Shown: in pieces, positions 1 to 13,342 of the stretch
Layout of the letters: every line of letters begins with the position of its first letter
Numbering within the stretch: the stretch's first letter is position 1
NCBI GenBank assembly: GCA_964016885.1
Contig: OZ024745.1
Location: 114,204,001-114,268,000, forward strand
Direction: 5' to 3'
DNA: 64,000 nt
From: Eledone cirrhosa
Taxonomy: Eukaryota
Program-made: the position numbers and the translations under genes
The notes under the pieces: model-generated
What the model saw: only the letters and a program-made list of their open reading frames with translations
The model's database searches: none
Told to the model about the DNA's origin: nothing

Positions 1-172
1 AAGGGGAGAGTTTGGTTTTAGTAGATACAGAGAGTTGGGTTAAAAGAGAGTTCTCAGTGAGAGACATACAGAGAAGATTTTGGTGGATCATCATACAAGA
101 CTGGTGATCCTGTGAGAGCGATGGTGAAACTTTAGAGTAAAAGAGTTCACCAATAACCATAATAAATGAATG

Positions 173-217
<45 letters not shown>

Positions 218-309
218 CAATTTCGTATTTCGAAAGCCGTAGCTATGCGAACACCGGGGGGGGGGGGCTAACGCCCTCTGGTGTTGTCCAGCAGAAGCAA
301 GTGAGACAA

Positions 310-351
310 CCGTCTATGCATTTCAGGCTTAACTGGCCTTCGTCAGGACGA
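310..351 (-). ncRNA. type I minimal hammerhead ribozyme
   Basis: Minus strand: tcgtc CTGACGA aggc-cagttaa-gcct GAAA t-gc-a TA gacgg. Intact core, 4-bp stem II, palindromic ATGCAT stem III, AUA triplet. Confidence 0.85.
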
Positions 352-585
352 CCCCCACACTGCTCTGCGACTGCTGGACTTGAAAACAGCCGAGAACATA
401 TAGTTGTCTCGTCTGTGTAAATAAGGAGATTAATCTCATTTGCATATGAAGCTGCATAAGTTGGCTCAACTTATAATAGAAAAAATAGGATTTCGCTTCA
501 AGCATAGCTTTATACAATATGTATAGAAATTTCGTATTTCGAAAGAAATACAATTTTAGGAAGCCGTCGCAAAGCAGTGGGAGGG

Positions 586-629
586 ATCGTCCTGACGATG
601 GCCAGTCAAGCCTGAAATGCATAGACGGT
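586..629 (+). ncRNA. type I minimal hammerhead ribozyme (inverted copy)
   Basis: atcgtc CTGACGA tggc-cagtcaa-gcct GAAA tgca TA gacggt. U-U mismatch at the base of stem II. Confidence 0.75.
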
Positions 630-781
630 TGTCCCCCTTGCTTCTGCTGGACAACACCAGAGGGCGTTAGCACCCCGGTGTTCGCATAGCTACGGCTTCC
701 TAAAATCGTTTTTCTTTCGAAATACGAAATTTCTATACATATTGTATAAAGCTATGCTTGAAGCCAAATCCTATTTCTTTC

Positions 782-905
<124 letters not shown>

Positions 906-1294
906 GTGTGTATATACATATATCTCATACATATCTCATGCCACACATATATGTATATTTATATATATTAGGATTGGTGCTCTGAAATATACATGTATAG
1001 TATACATGTATAGTATATGTATACATGCATAGTATACATGTATACATGGTGCTCTGAAGTATACATGTATAGTATATTTGGTACATTAATATTAGATTAT
1101 TAATACAGTATATTAATAATCTAATGTAGATTATTAGATACGGTATATTATCAAAGATACTATACATTCATTCATGTATACATCGCTATTTCAGACCACC
1201 AATCCTAATACCTAATTTTTGCTGGACAGGCAATCGCTCTGTATAATCAGCTCCTCATTATTACTGGAATTCTATAATAATCCAGCTTCTAAAT

Positions 1295-1385
1295 TTTTCG
1301 GCGGAAGTAGGGGAGTATGTGGCTCTGATGAACGCCAACTAGCGTGAAACAGACTGTCAGCTTCTCTCCCTTCTTTCGCCGAAAA
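1295..1385 (+). ncRNA. full-size type I hammerhead ribozyme with GUC cleavage site
   Basis: ggct CTGATGA(1325-1331) acgc-caacta-gcgt GAAA cag-a-ctg TC(1358) agct. Stem I extends beyond an internal loop: ttttcggcggaagtaggggag pairs with ctcccttctttcgccgaaaa. Confidence 0.9.
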
Positions 1386-1667
1386 TAAGTAAGTGACATA
1401 GTCACTACTTTAAAACTGATAGCGTATGATCTTCTAAATGTTTTAAATTAAACATACGGTATATTTCAAAATATACTATACATACATTCATATATATGTA
1501 TAGAGAGAGAGAGAGAGAGATTTTGAGTTTATGTTGGTTGTATACCAACACCTCAGTATGCAGGCTGGAGCACTCGACGAAGTGCGCAGGTTGGTTTGGT
1601 TACTCCGGAGTAATGTAAAATAAAGTTAAATAAAAAGTCAAATGATTAAAATTTAGCTTCGTTTATT

Positions 1668-1722
1668 ACTGCTATATATATTTCAGTGACAGCCATCTTT
1701 GGCTGTGACCTCTTCAGGCAGT
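1668..1722 (-). ncRNA. type I minimal hammerhead ribozyme, copy 1
   Basis: Minus: actgc CTGAAGA ggtcacagcca-aaga-tggctgtcact GAAA t-atat-a TA gcagt. Confidence 0.85.
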
Positions 1723-1889
1723 TTGATTATATGATTCCAGTTCCTCAGTGAAATAACAACCCAACCAGGAACTGGGCATATCAGAGTATTGACAATATTA
1801 TACACCTCAACAACATATGTACTTGTCTATACCACACTAATTCAAACTGCCTGAAGAGGTCAGATGATTAAAATTTAGCTTCGTTTATT

Positions 1890-1944
1890 ACTGCTATATA
1901 TATTTCAGTGACAGCCATCTTTGGCTGTGACCTCTTCAGGCAGT
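1890..1944 (-). ncRNA. type I minimal hammerhead ribozyme, copy 2
   Basis: Same sequence as 1668-1722, offset by 222 nt. Confidence 0.85.
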
Positions 1945-2069
1945 TTGAATTAGTATGGTATAGACAAGTACATATGTTGTTGAGGTGTATAATATTGTCA
2001 ATACTCTGATATGCCCAGTTCCTTGTTGGGTTGTTATTTCACTGAGGAACTGGATATATATATATATAT

Positions 2070-2141
<72 letters not shown>

Positions 2142-2569
2142 AGATATGTATGTATACACTTGCGTGTGACTGGGTATGTCTACATGTATGTTAAGATAGA
2201 AAAAGAAAGAGTTTGAATGTAAGAATGTGATATATGTGCTATTTGTTAATGATATATCAGGACGCTCTTGTCAACAACACAGTTTTGCTCTTGGCCAAAT
2301 GACTTTCCTAACAGCAAAGTTATTATAATTTTCATCCCTGGCCTCTTGCTATGGTTTTATGACCTGACCTGTTGCTATGGTTTCAACTCCTGACCTATTA
2401 CTAATTGAATAGGCGGTTATTAGATTTTTTTTATAAAGGACACAACTCTTTTAATTAACATGAGACAGTGTTTCGGAAGTAGGTAAATATCTGTGTGTCT
2501 TGTTGTATTTGTATCTGCTTATACGTGTAAAATGTTGATCTATATGTACGTTTGCATTTATGTATTGAT

Positions 2570-2720
2570 ATGTGTGCGCTTGTATGTGCGTGTTTGTGCG
2601 CGAGCGCGCGCGTGTGTGTGTGTGTGTGTGTATTTGTCTCTGTGTGTGCGCTTGTATGTGTGTGTTTGTGCGCGAGCGCGCGCGTGTGTGTGTATTTGTC
2701 TCTGTGTGTGTGTGTGTATT

Positions 2721-2817
<97 letters not shown>
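2570..2817. repeat. (TG)n-rich compound microsatellite
   Basis: Directly visible. It explains the CVCV/THTH ORFs. Confidence 0.95.
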
Positions 2818-2819
<2 letters not shown>

Positions 2820-4082
2820 TATTACAAGTATACTTGTAAGTTTGTGAATGTTGTTTTTTTTGTCTGTGTTTTTCCTGCTTTTGTGTCCATCTTATTGCGG
2901 TAGTATAGTTGACTCCGTTTAATTGCATAATCTCGGTGATCGAAATTCTCATGCAATTAATAGTGATATTCAATTAATCGAAATCTCATAGTAACTGCTT
3001 GATATATCGGGGGGGGGGGGGGGAGTAACTCCCGAGGGAGCTGTAGGGGCTCCATATTGGCATACACCGTTTCTTAGGGCATTTTAAAACCTGGCGGAGC
3101 ATATTTCCTCTCAGGCCTAAGTACAGCAGATTTCTTCCAGAGAAAGATAGAGAGTAAGATAAAGGATAAAAGAAGCGAGAAAAAGATATAGAGAAAGAAT
3201 CGATCCTAGTACTGGACTGGTACTTTTTTATCGACCTACAATGGATGAAAGACAATGTTGACCTCGGCGAGATATGATCTGAGAGAGCAGAGATCTGGAA
3301 CGAATACCGCAAAGCACTCTATCCAACGTTATAACGACTCTGTCAATTTGCCGCCCAGGTGTATAACTAGGAGATTTCAATTTATTGTCAGTCGTCTGTA
3401 AGATATTGTAGCTATGTTACACATATAAGAATTATATAATTATTCATGAATAAACCATTGTTTTATACACATACAATTAATTTATGTTCCTTCCCAGTCC
3501 AAGCCATGTCTTTTATTGATGTGCATTTTGTCATAAAAATCTCTTGACGTAACTACGATAAAGTTTTTCAAATTCCTATGATATTCTTCAGATACCTAGG
3601 CTTAACCAGATGTATTCTGGCTATGACATTCACGCATTTCGAATTATTCAATGATAACATCTAGATCATGAAGATAAAGAAAAATGTTATATATGAAAAA
3701 ATATTTACAGCTTAATTTCAATTTTTCTTCTTATAAATTTTATCTACAACGAAGTTTCATTTATTAAAGAATTTTATTGCATAATTAACCCTTTCCTGAC
3801 CAGATTTCTAATGAATAAACTACATCTGATGTTCAAATAATTTTGAAAATATTTAAGAATTTGGATCTACTTAGTAATATAATTTACTTCCTCATTACTC
3901 AAGTAGTCTGGGGGACATAACTTAACGAAGTTTCTTACACAAAGTTATGATGAATGGTTCTTAGATAAATATAAATATTTGAAAAGTTTTGAACAGTAGA
4001 ATCAGGCATGAAAAATGTTAAAGATAATTTTTTTTTTAATCCCTTTATCTCATTTCAATAACTTTTAATTCAGTAAAATTGC

Positions 4083-4290
4083 ATGGACCACATCTGGGAC
4101 GCTACATGTTGTGACACGTTCTCCGCCTTCACCCTAGTCGCGTCGGCCACAAATCCCGGCACTGCGGGACGCAATGCAGAGGAAAGGTGGCTGTTACAGT
4201 GGGTGTCGCTGGCCATTGTCCACGGGAATGCTTTTGCCGTCTTGTCCTCGGGGCGCAGCTCCAATACCACCGCGCCCTACGCCCAGAGCC
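4083..4290 (+). mobile_element. internally deleted fragment of a restriction-like endonuclease (RLE) non-LTR retrotransposon (CRE-like C-terminus)
   Basis: WDATCCDTF...AEERWLLQWVSLAIVHGNAFAV matches the recalled WDAT..DT / QR.SLAI.RGNA tail of such elements. Confidence 0.6.
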
Positions 4291-5625
4291 CATCACTCTC
4301 CCCCTCCCATTCTTCTATGACTCTAGAGCCCTTGCCTAACCCTTTCTTTTCCGTTTTCATAATCACAAAAGACACTTGTATCTTTTTACAATAAATGATA
4401 TAATTATGCCATTTAGCGAAGCGAGATTTTATTTGTTTGACATGGATTGTTTATAAACATGAAGGACTGACTTATTATTTTAATCCGTTATGGAAAAAAA
4501 GCTTCCAGGCACCTTTTATTCATATCAAATCAAATAAATTCTCAATTTTTATGTTAGATTTCAGTAAGTAATTTAGTACAAATCGGGAAACATTGTAGGA
4601 AGTAAGCAGAAATTCAGCTCATTTACATATACAATTAACCGAAACATTTAGATAGAATTACTGCGATATTTTGAAAGTTATGAAATTATCCGGCTAGCAA
4701 TCAAGTGGAACCGACTGTATCGGTTTTAGTTTATTCAATTGTGTGTATTTGGATGTGTGTGTGCGTGTATGAATCATTATGTGTGTTTGTAATGTGTGTG
4801 TGCTTTTGTGTGTGCTTGTGTGTGCACATGCATGTTTGTTTAGTCATGGGAATATATAAGACAATCAGTTTTCTACTTATCTCAATACGTTGGGTTATAT
4901 ATATATGTCTGTATTTATGTTTATATAGTAAGTAATAGATTCAATTTATTTTTGTCCATCTACGTATGTATGTACCTGCTTACAGTTATGATAAATATGT
5001 TTTCTTTGTGTGTGCGCTTGCATATGTCTGTGCATAAATGTGTGTGCATACATGTGTGTGTGCATGTATGTGTGTATAAATATCTGTATGTGTGTGTGTG
5101 CGTGTATGTATGTGTGTATTTTTAGTGGGCGTATCAATTCCCTCTACTACGTTTTAATTTCCATTTAATAATATCTTCTGTTAGTACTTAGTAAAGCGTG
5201 ATGATAAAACCAGAGCCGGATTTAGATATGATAATGCCCTAAGTGCCCGTTTTTGCAATTGCTCACATAGAATAAGGCTATGTAACAACAGAATTCAAAT
5301 AAATTATACATACAAGTACGTTTAAATATTATCAAATGCATGCATACATTAATAAAATTTCAAAACTTAGAGCAAATATTATGAAAATGCAGCAAGCCAT
5401 ATTATCATAATTAGAAACAAAAACCCCACCTAAGTGACAAAACAAGAATAATTAAATATAATACAAATTTATATTTAAATACAACGGAACCCTAAAAACT
5501 TATGTACGAAATTATATTTTCAAATAAATGCACATCATTTGTTAACGTGAATTGTTGTTAATCAAGATAATTGCTTCAAATTACCGTATTTCCCGGCAAG
5601 TTTGACAACCAAAAATTTGAATAAA

Positions 5626-6140
5626 AATAATTGTTTCTACATTTGGCACAAAGCCAGCAATTGTCCAGTGCATTACTGGTACTTTATTTTATCGACCCCG
5701 TAAGGATGAAAGGCAAAGTTAACCTCTGTGGGATTTGAACTCAGACCGTAAAGGGATGTAACTCTATGCTGCAAAGAATGGCGTCCGACCCTCCAACGAT
5801 ACTGCCACGATAATTGTTTCTACTTTTGGCACAAGGCCAGCAATTATCCCAGTGCATTACTGGTACTTTATTTTATCGACCCCGTAAGGATGAAAGGCAA
5901 AGTTAACCTCGGTGGGATTTAAACTCAGACCGTAAAGGGCTGTAACTCTATGCTGTAAAAAATGGCGTCCGACCCTCCAACGATACTGCCACTATAATTA
6001 TTTCTACTTTTGGCACAAGGCCAGCAATTATCTCAATGTATTACTGGTACTTTATTTTATCGACCCGGTAAGGATGAAAGGCAAAGTTAACCTCGGCGGG
6101 ATTTGAACTCAGATCATAAAGGGCCGTAACTGTGTGCTGC
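5626..6140 (-). mobile_element. three head-to-tail copies of the dominant tRNA-derived SINE (family A)
   Basis: About 185-bp unit ATAATTGTTTCTAC...GGATTTGAACTCAG...GATACTGCC repeated three times. B-box GAGTTCAAATCC on the minus strand. Confidence 0.85.
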
Positions 6141-6819
6141 AATGTCATTATGTAATGCATGAACGTCACGTCATCTCATGTCTTGTTTTTTTTTATTTAA
6201 AAAAATATTTTTTTATATATAACTTCAAAATGAACCAAAATAATATTTATTTTACATTTTTAATAAAAGACATTATTCTTTTTCAAATCATTGAAATATT
6301 CTCCACCCCCTCACTCAAACTCGACGTTTCTATTTTATTCCACAAGTTCACCATCTTGACGGTTGTCTGTACAATAAACAGATTTTATAGCGTCCGTTTC
6401 GTTCGCAATTACTTTCACGCCATTTGCTTTTAACGTATGGTCGGCCGGTCGGTTGTCATCTTAAAACAAACAACCTTGAATCATCCATCTTAAAACTTAA
6501 CGGAATATATTCCATTGTGTCGTTTTTAATGCTTCCAGGTCTGAGTTGAGAAAACAAAAGGGACTTTGTTGCATTGTTGTTTCTGAATGATCTAGACATT
6601 GTTTAAAACTCATTATTTTCTGAACTGTTTTCAAAAAGACATTGCCATTGTAACACATAGACTCCGTGCAGCGATCAAAGTTGCAGACATCGTCTGTAGG
6701 TTAAGAAGAGAACGACTAAGAAAGATAAAACGAATTCTCTGCTACAGAATGTTTTATCTTTAAATTTGCATTTGGATGAAGTATATTTAATCGATTAAAC
6801 TGCACACATGTACTTACAT

Positions 6820-6956
6820 ATCTACATACATACATATATACATACATATATACATACGTACATACATACATACATACATACATACATACATACATACATA
6901 CATACATACATACATACATACATACATACACAATTGCATACATACATACATACATA
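6820..6956. repeat. (TACA)n microsatellite
   Basis: Directly visible. Confidence 0.95.
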
Positions 6957-7284
6957 TATGGTGGCTGCCAACTCGTTTTCGAGTACGGCCACTACTTTAT
7001 ATCCATGTAGGAGAACCCTACCGATGCGCTGAACGAGTGTGACTTTTTAGTCCAGCCAGCAACTTGAAAACTCTGGTACAAACACTACACTTGTGACAAT
7101 TATTGACACATAGTGCTGGGCCCATGGTACCATGTGTCGACAAGTACAGAGAGATCTCCAGATATAAAGCAATGCCTGTGCTGTGAAGCTTTTATAGTGA
7201 GCAAAGGCACTGCACAAAGCCAGTCCCACTCTCTTAACCAAGATGATATTTACCATATACATACATGCATACATACATACATAC

Positions 7285-8210
7285 ATGATGGCTGCCCCCT
7301 CGTTATCGATTATGGCCATTGCACGATATACCATTATTAATAATTATTAATTAATTCTATCGTGCAATGCCTGTGCGTGAAGATATTTTTTAAAGTGAGG
7401 AAAGACTGTGCACTGAGCCAATCCCACTCTCTGAGCGACAGTAGCTATAACCCGAAAAGAAGGAAAGATCAACATCATCGGTAACTACTGAGCCGCAGGT
7501 TTTATGTCGGAGTTATCCCAGTTTCTTGAGTTGCCTTCTCCTAGAAGAATACCCCGACAAAGGCTAGGGGTCTTTCACTTCCAGTGGTTTAACCACACGA
7601 CCGGGTATCCAGCCCAATTATTTCTATGTCCCCGCGCATATACATACACATGCATACATATATATGCATATATATATATACATATATACACATGCATACA
7701 TGTATATACATATTTACACATTTTTGGATGGCCGTTGACTCTTTTGAGTTCTTCCACCTTTTATCAGGTTTTGTTTTTTGACCCGCACGGTGTCCAAAAT
7801 CACCCTCCTTACCAATTAAACTTGGTGGGGTTGCCGGTTTAGTCGCCGACGACATGACCATGCGGCAGGTTGTACTGGGTTACATGTTACCAGTAGCACT
7901 CGAGAGTGACCCGACATAAACAATTAAACATACATACATGACGATGGCTGCCCCCTCGTTATCTAGTATGACCATTGCACGATATACCATTATTAATAAT
8001 TATTAATTAATTCTATCGCGCAATGCCTGTGAGTGAAGATATTTTTTAAAGTGAGGAAAGACTGTGCACTGAGCCAATCCCACTCTCTGAGCGACAGTAG
8101 CTATAACCCGAAAAGAAGAAAAGATCAACATCATCGGTAACTACTGAGCCGCAGATTTTATATCGGAGTTATCCCAGTTTCTTGAGATACCTTCTCCTAG
8201 AAGAATGCCC
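7285..8210 (-). mobile_element. two copies (7285-7636 and 7943-8210) of a non-autonomous retroelement with RTE-like 3' tail, plus a second repeat at 7722-7920
   Basis: About 270-bp near-identical direct repeat ending on minus in ...gataacgagggggcagccatc + (ATGT)n. 7722-7890 recurs inverted at about 58773-58932. Confidence 0.6.
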
Positions 8211-8989
8211 TACACACACATATATATATATACATATATACATACTTATGTGTGTGTGTATACATGATTAGTATTGAGTGTTGCGAGAATGAGTACTAAA
8301 TTCAATAGGTGATTAATTTATTATTTTACCATATAAACCCATACTCCAAGCACCGTATATATTCTTGTCAATAACCACGAATTATCATATAGTTGAAGAC
8401 TTCATCAGCAGGTAATAATATCCTTGCCTGTCGTGTACTGTTGCGTATGTCCAGCAAGAATCAACATTACTAAATGAGAAAATTCAGAAAGAGTCGTATA
8501 TTCATTAAAAAGACGTTTACAAAGGAATGACGATTACTGGGGAGTTCAAACTAAAATACTTGAATAAAGAACAAACAAATATTTCACACTTATATTGAGA
8601 ATTATTTTGTTATGTAATCGAATTAGTAAGTGTACTCAATAAGAAAGAAAAGTATAATTCTTAACGTATTTCATTTACGAAAGTGTGGAGATATTCCCAA
8701 ACAAAATCTAGCTAAGAAATAAAATAGTATTTGAGCAACGTTATTGTTTCTTTCAGTCAACAGACATGAGAATGTAGTTAAATACAAAATGGTGACGACA
8801 AAAACAACACTGTAGCAAAGATGGAATAGCAAACGTTTACTTTTAATACAGCTATGTGCCGCTGTTGTTGTTAGTGGTTATGGTGGTTATTGATTAAGAA
8901 CGGTTATTGCTATTGTTAGTTTATGTGACAGTTTTATTTCTCTTTAAAACAAATAGGTAAGCGAAAATAATGACTTTTATTTGTTTAAA

Positions 8990-10690
8990 GTGTAAACTAT
9001 CTTTTCTAAGGGTCCTAAATATATAAATCCACACTTGTATCTGTTCTTTTATAATTGTTTAAATGAAGCAAATAACAAGTATTGTATTTCAATTTTTGTA
9101 GTCTCTGACTTTCCTCAGACCTTAATCATTTCAATCAATTATTAACTTTAAGCAGAAATTAGTATTTTGCTTCTTTCTTAGTATTGTTAGTATAGGATCC
9201 CCTATTAGTATAATCCCCACCAACCAAATATAATATTAACTGAAAGTTTCTGTGTAGGTATTGGGTAGGTTCATTGAATTTTAAATTGAATTTTTTCCTC
9301 GATGGTTTTTGCATACCTTTATTCTTGTGATCAAGCTAGTTCATATTTTCATTAGTTTTCATGTACACATTTCTCAATTAATTTTTCTTCACTCGAAATC
9401 CGAACTGAGATTTGAGGAAAATGTTTTTTGTCTCCGTTAAATAGGATAGTCTATTATCCATAATTTTTATAACATTTTAGATAGATTACTTAGTAAAACT
9501 ATAAGACAATATAATCAGGTAGAATGTTAGTTGTCTTTATTTCATTTTGGTATTATTAACGTATGAGTAAATTTCCATATATCTGGACGTTATTGAATTT
9601 TAATTATATCATTAAATACATTTAGCACTATTTCTCGTATCATCGATGATTAAATTAGATATTTCATCTGGACCTGCGGCCGTTTCTTCTTTTAACTCAT
9701 CTTTAACTGATAGTAGCTCTTTTTTAATAAGAGAGCAGTCAATATTTGAAGTGAGAGGGGTAAATTCTTTGTTTTTAAGATTTGTTTTCGCAAATAAAAA
9801 ATACCGCAAATAGCGAAAAGAGTTTAGAGGTATCTGAGATTACTTCACTATTGTAACTATGTATTAATTGTTTCTACTTTAGGCACAAGGCCAGCAATTA
9901 CCCAGTGCATTACTGGTACTTTATTTTATCGACCCCGTAAGGATGAAAGACAAAGTCAACCTCGGCGGGATTTGAACTCAGATCGTAAGGGGACATAACT
10001 ATGCTGGAAAGCATGGCGTCCGACCCTCTACCGATACTGCCAATCCACATAGCCCTTGATTTGTTTTGAGGGATTTGGGTTTGATCATTGAGTTGTATAT
10101 ATTCCTTATATTGCTGATGGACACTAGGCTAGACTTACTAGACCAAAAACCATTTTTGACTAGTTTTATTTGCCTTTAACTTTTTGTTACTCTTTTATAC
10201 GTTTGATAATTGGAATCGTTTGGGTAGTATTTCCATTTTTTCATGATGGAGTCTTCTGTTTTCTGAATTGTTTTGATACTTCATAGGTACTTTCTCAGTC
10301 ACTTTATTTTGTATTTTATCAATAAATATGTGTAGACTTAGTTTAGCTCTTCAACTGATTGGATATTGATAAATTTATTGTGAAATGATAGTTATACTTC
10401 TAAATAATTGATAAACCCTATCCAGTTAGTCTTGTGAAATTGATGTTTTCTTGCTTTAGAATTTGTTTGATATGTTTGGCTATTATTAGTATTCTTATTG
10501 GTTAAAGGAAGAGTAACATTAAATGTACTGACGTCATTATCCGTACCTAGATCCCTTCTATGTTTTAATTTCCTGTTTTCTATTAAAAGAGAGGCTATAG
10601 TCAAGATCATAAATGGGATGAGGTGTTTGGTATTGTATGTAAAATAAGTTATATGCATTCATAGTCGCTAAGAGATATTTTCCTTCTTTT
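8990..10690 (-). mobile_element. highly decayed LINE ORF2 remnant interrupted by a family A SINE (9864-10050)
   Basis: LKEETAAGPDEISNLI resembles the pre-RT K.xGPD.I motif. Other RT motifs are only faint. Confidence 0.45.
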
Positions 10691-11829
10691 ATAGTAGTTT
10701 TTCTGATGCTGGTATTCCAAAATGAGCGATATGCATTAAAATCACACGAAATTAAACTTTTTCTTTTGGAATTTTTTCTTCTATATCTAGTTACATCCTT
10801 TTATGTTCTGATACAAAATTCCACCAAGGTCGGCTTTGTCTTTTATCCTTTCAAGGATAAAGTACCTGGGTTGATATTTTCGACTATAACGTCCAAAAAT
10901 GTGTAGTTCTGTATCTATGTTAGAAAACATAACAAAATACCCAAAACACAGTTTGAGGTTGGTAATAGTGTCTAGATCACTTAAACTATTTTCATTTCAA
11001 AGAAACGATTTGACGAAACTTATACAAGAAAATTGAACACCAATCCTTTGTCATACGGCTATGTATGTTTGATAGTAAGCTGCAATCCAAGGTGTACTTA
11101 AAGCAGGAATTCGACACTGAGGTAGCTTGCTTGATTTCAATATCTCAGCTTATTTCATAGTATATAATAAAAGTATATAACTTACATTTTTCATCTATGA
11201 AGTACAATTTAATTGATAAATTATTCGTACTTTCGATTATAGAATAACAATTCTCTTCACGAGACAAGCGAGTTGCAGCCTTTACGTTCTAATTCACATC
11301 CCGCCACGGTTAGCTTTGCCTTTCATCCTTACGAGGTCGATAAAATAAAGTACCAGTAACACACTGGGCTCGATTTAATCGACTTTCCCCCTCCCTCAAA
11401 TTGCTGGTCCTGTGCCTATAGTAGAAACCATTATTGAATAACTATATCCTTAAGTTATTACAGGAAAACATGAACACACGATAATTCTCCATTATAGTTA
11501 TCAATTGATAACTAACAAACTGAAAAGAGGAATCGTTTGTCGGACACTCCATCTAAAATTTGAGGACTTTTTATTTTCATAAACAACTTTTATTCTGGCA
11601 TTACAGATATCTACAACAGTTTATTGTGGTTTTAACAACCTCAAAATATCAAAATATATTTTGCTGTCTGAAACTAATTACCCTTTAAAAATTACTTTGT
11701 GAGCATATTCAAACATAAAATTGAGTTCATTGAAGTAAAAAATTTTTAGACGAAACATCAGCTCATGTTTTTATAAAAGCATATAAAAACGAATCCATTT
11801 AGGAATAGTTGGCTGTTTAGTCTTTCTTT

Positions 11830-12199
<370 letters not shown>

Positions 12200-13253
12200 G
12201 TGTTTGTTTCATTTCTCTTGACTGCATTGTTAGAGTCCAAAGTAATGTTTAATTTAATGCCCAAGGAGATATGTATCGGTAGGAAATTATGTTCAAAGCA
12301 AGACAGGGCGCTTCGTTGGAGACCGACTGATTTAGGCAACTTTACGAATTGACAGAAATCCTTTGGTGTTAGACATTGAGAACGAATCGCAGAGCAAACG
12401 CTGGAAAAGCACGTCTCATACTATTTACATCATTACATCTTCATGTGTTCTGTCATTCATTGTAACAGTGGCTAAAGGGTTTTAGCTTTAGATCAGTAAT
12501 AAGGTATTTGTCTTTTGTTAGATATTGTATTTCAGCTTACTTTATCATTGAAAGAACAAAGCTAATTAATGGAGGGATACAGAAGTAGCTAATTTGTCTC
12601 AATTAATAATTCCTTTTAACATTAGCACACAGCCAGCATTTTGGGGTGATGGAAAAATGTTGATTATATCGACCTCAGTACTTGACTGGTACTATATTTT
12701 ATCGCTCTCGGAATGCTGAATGACAAAGTTCCTCTTGGTGTGATTTTAACTTAGAAAGCAAAGAGCCAGACTGGCTCTTAAGACTCTAAGTAGAGTCTTA
12801 ATATGTTTAACCTCTTGGTGTATGTGTGTACGTGTATATATGTGTATTTGTGTGTGTGTGAAGAAGAGAGAGAAATATACTCCGAGTGTATATTTGTCAT
12901 TGTAGTTGAAACTAGCGTTCTTTAAAATGTAAAGTATCAAAATTCAGACATTTTACATTGTTTTGTAAGTGTTCCAAAAACGAGAGCTTTTCTACCTAAA
13001 AACGTTACAGTCACGTGAGAGAACGAATGTAATCCATACATTGATGAAGATCCATGGGGCTTTCCGTGTGTCTTACAAAGATCAATTGGAAGCTGCTTTG
13101 CCTGAAGTATGGAGTGAGATCTATGTTGGCTGAGAGGGGTATACAGAGCTGTCAACTCTCCCCGTCCGACGGAGTCATCTCCCACCCACTTCAGTGTGGG
13201 TGAGAGATGTCTTCTCTTGTGAAAATACACAGACATACATCCATCCTCAGTTT

Positions 13254-13297
<44 letters not shown>

Positions 13298-13342
13298 GAC
13301 ATACATCCTCAGTTATATATATATATATATATACACACACAC

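Larger units (their letters stand above)
1642..2053 (-). mobile_element. PLE pLTR-like unit: two direct copies separated by an inverted segment
   Basis: 1642-1726 is repeated at 1864-1948, and 1735-1862 is the reverse complement of about 1928-2053. Ends in (TA)n. Confidence 0.75.

Noticed and set aside
100-150. CTGGTGA...GAAACTTTAGAGTA hammerhead-like motif (similar GAAACTCTTAAAAAGAGTA at about 23134)
   Set aside because: The core deviates and no stem I can be formed.
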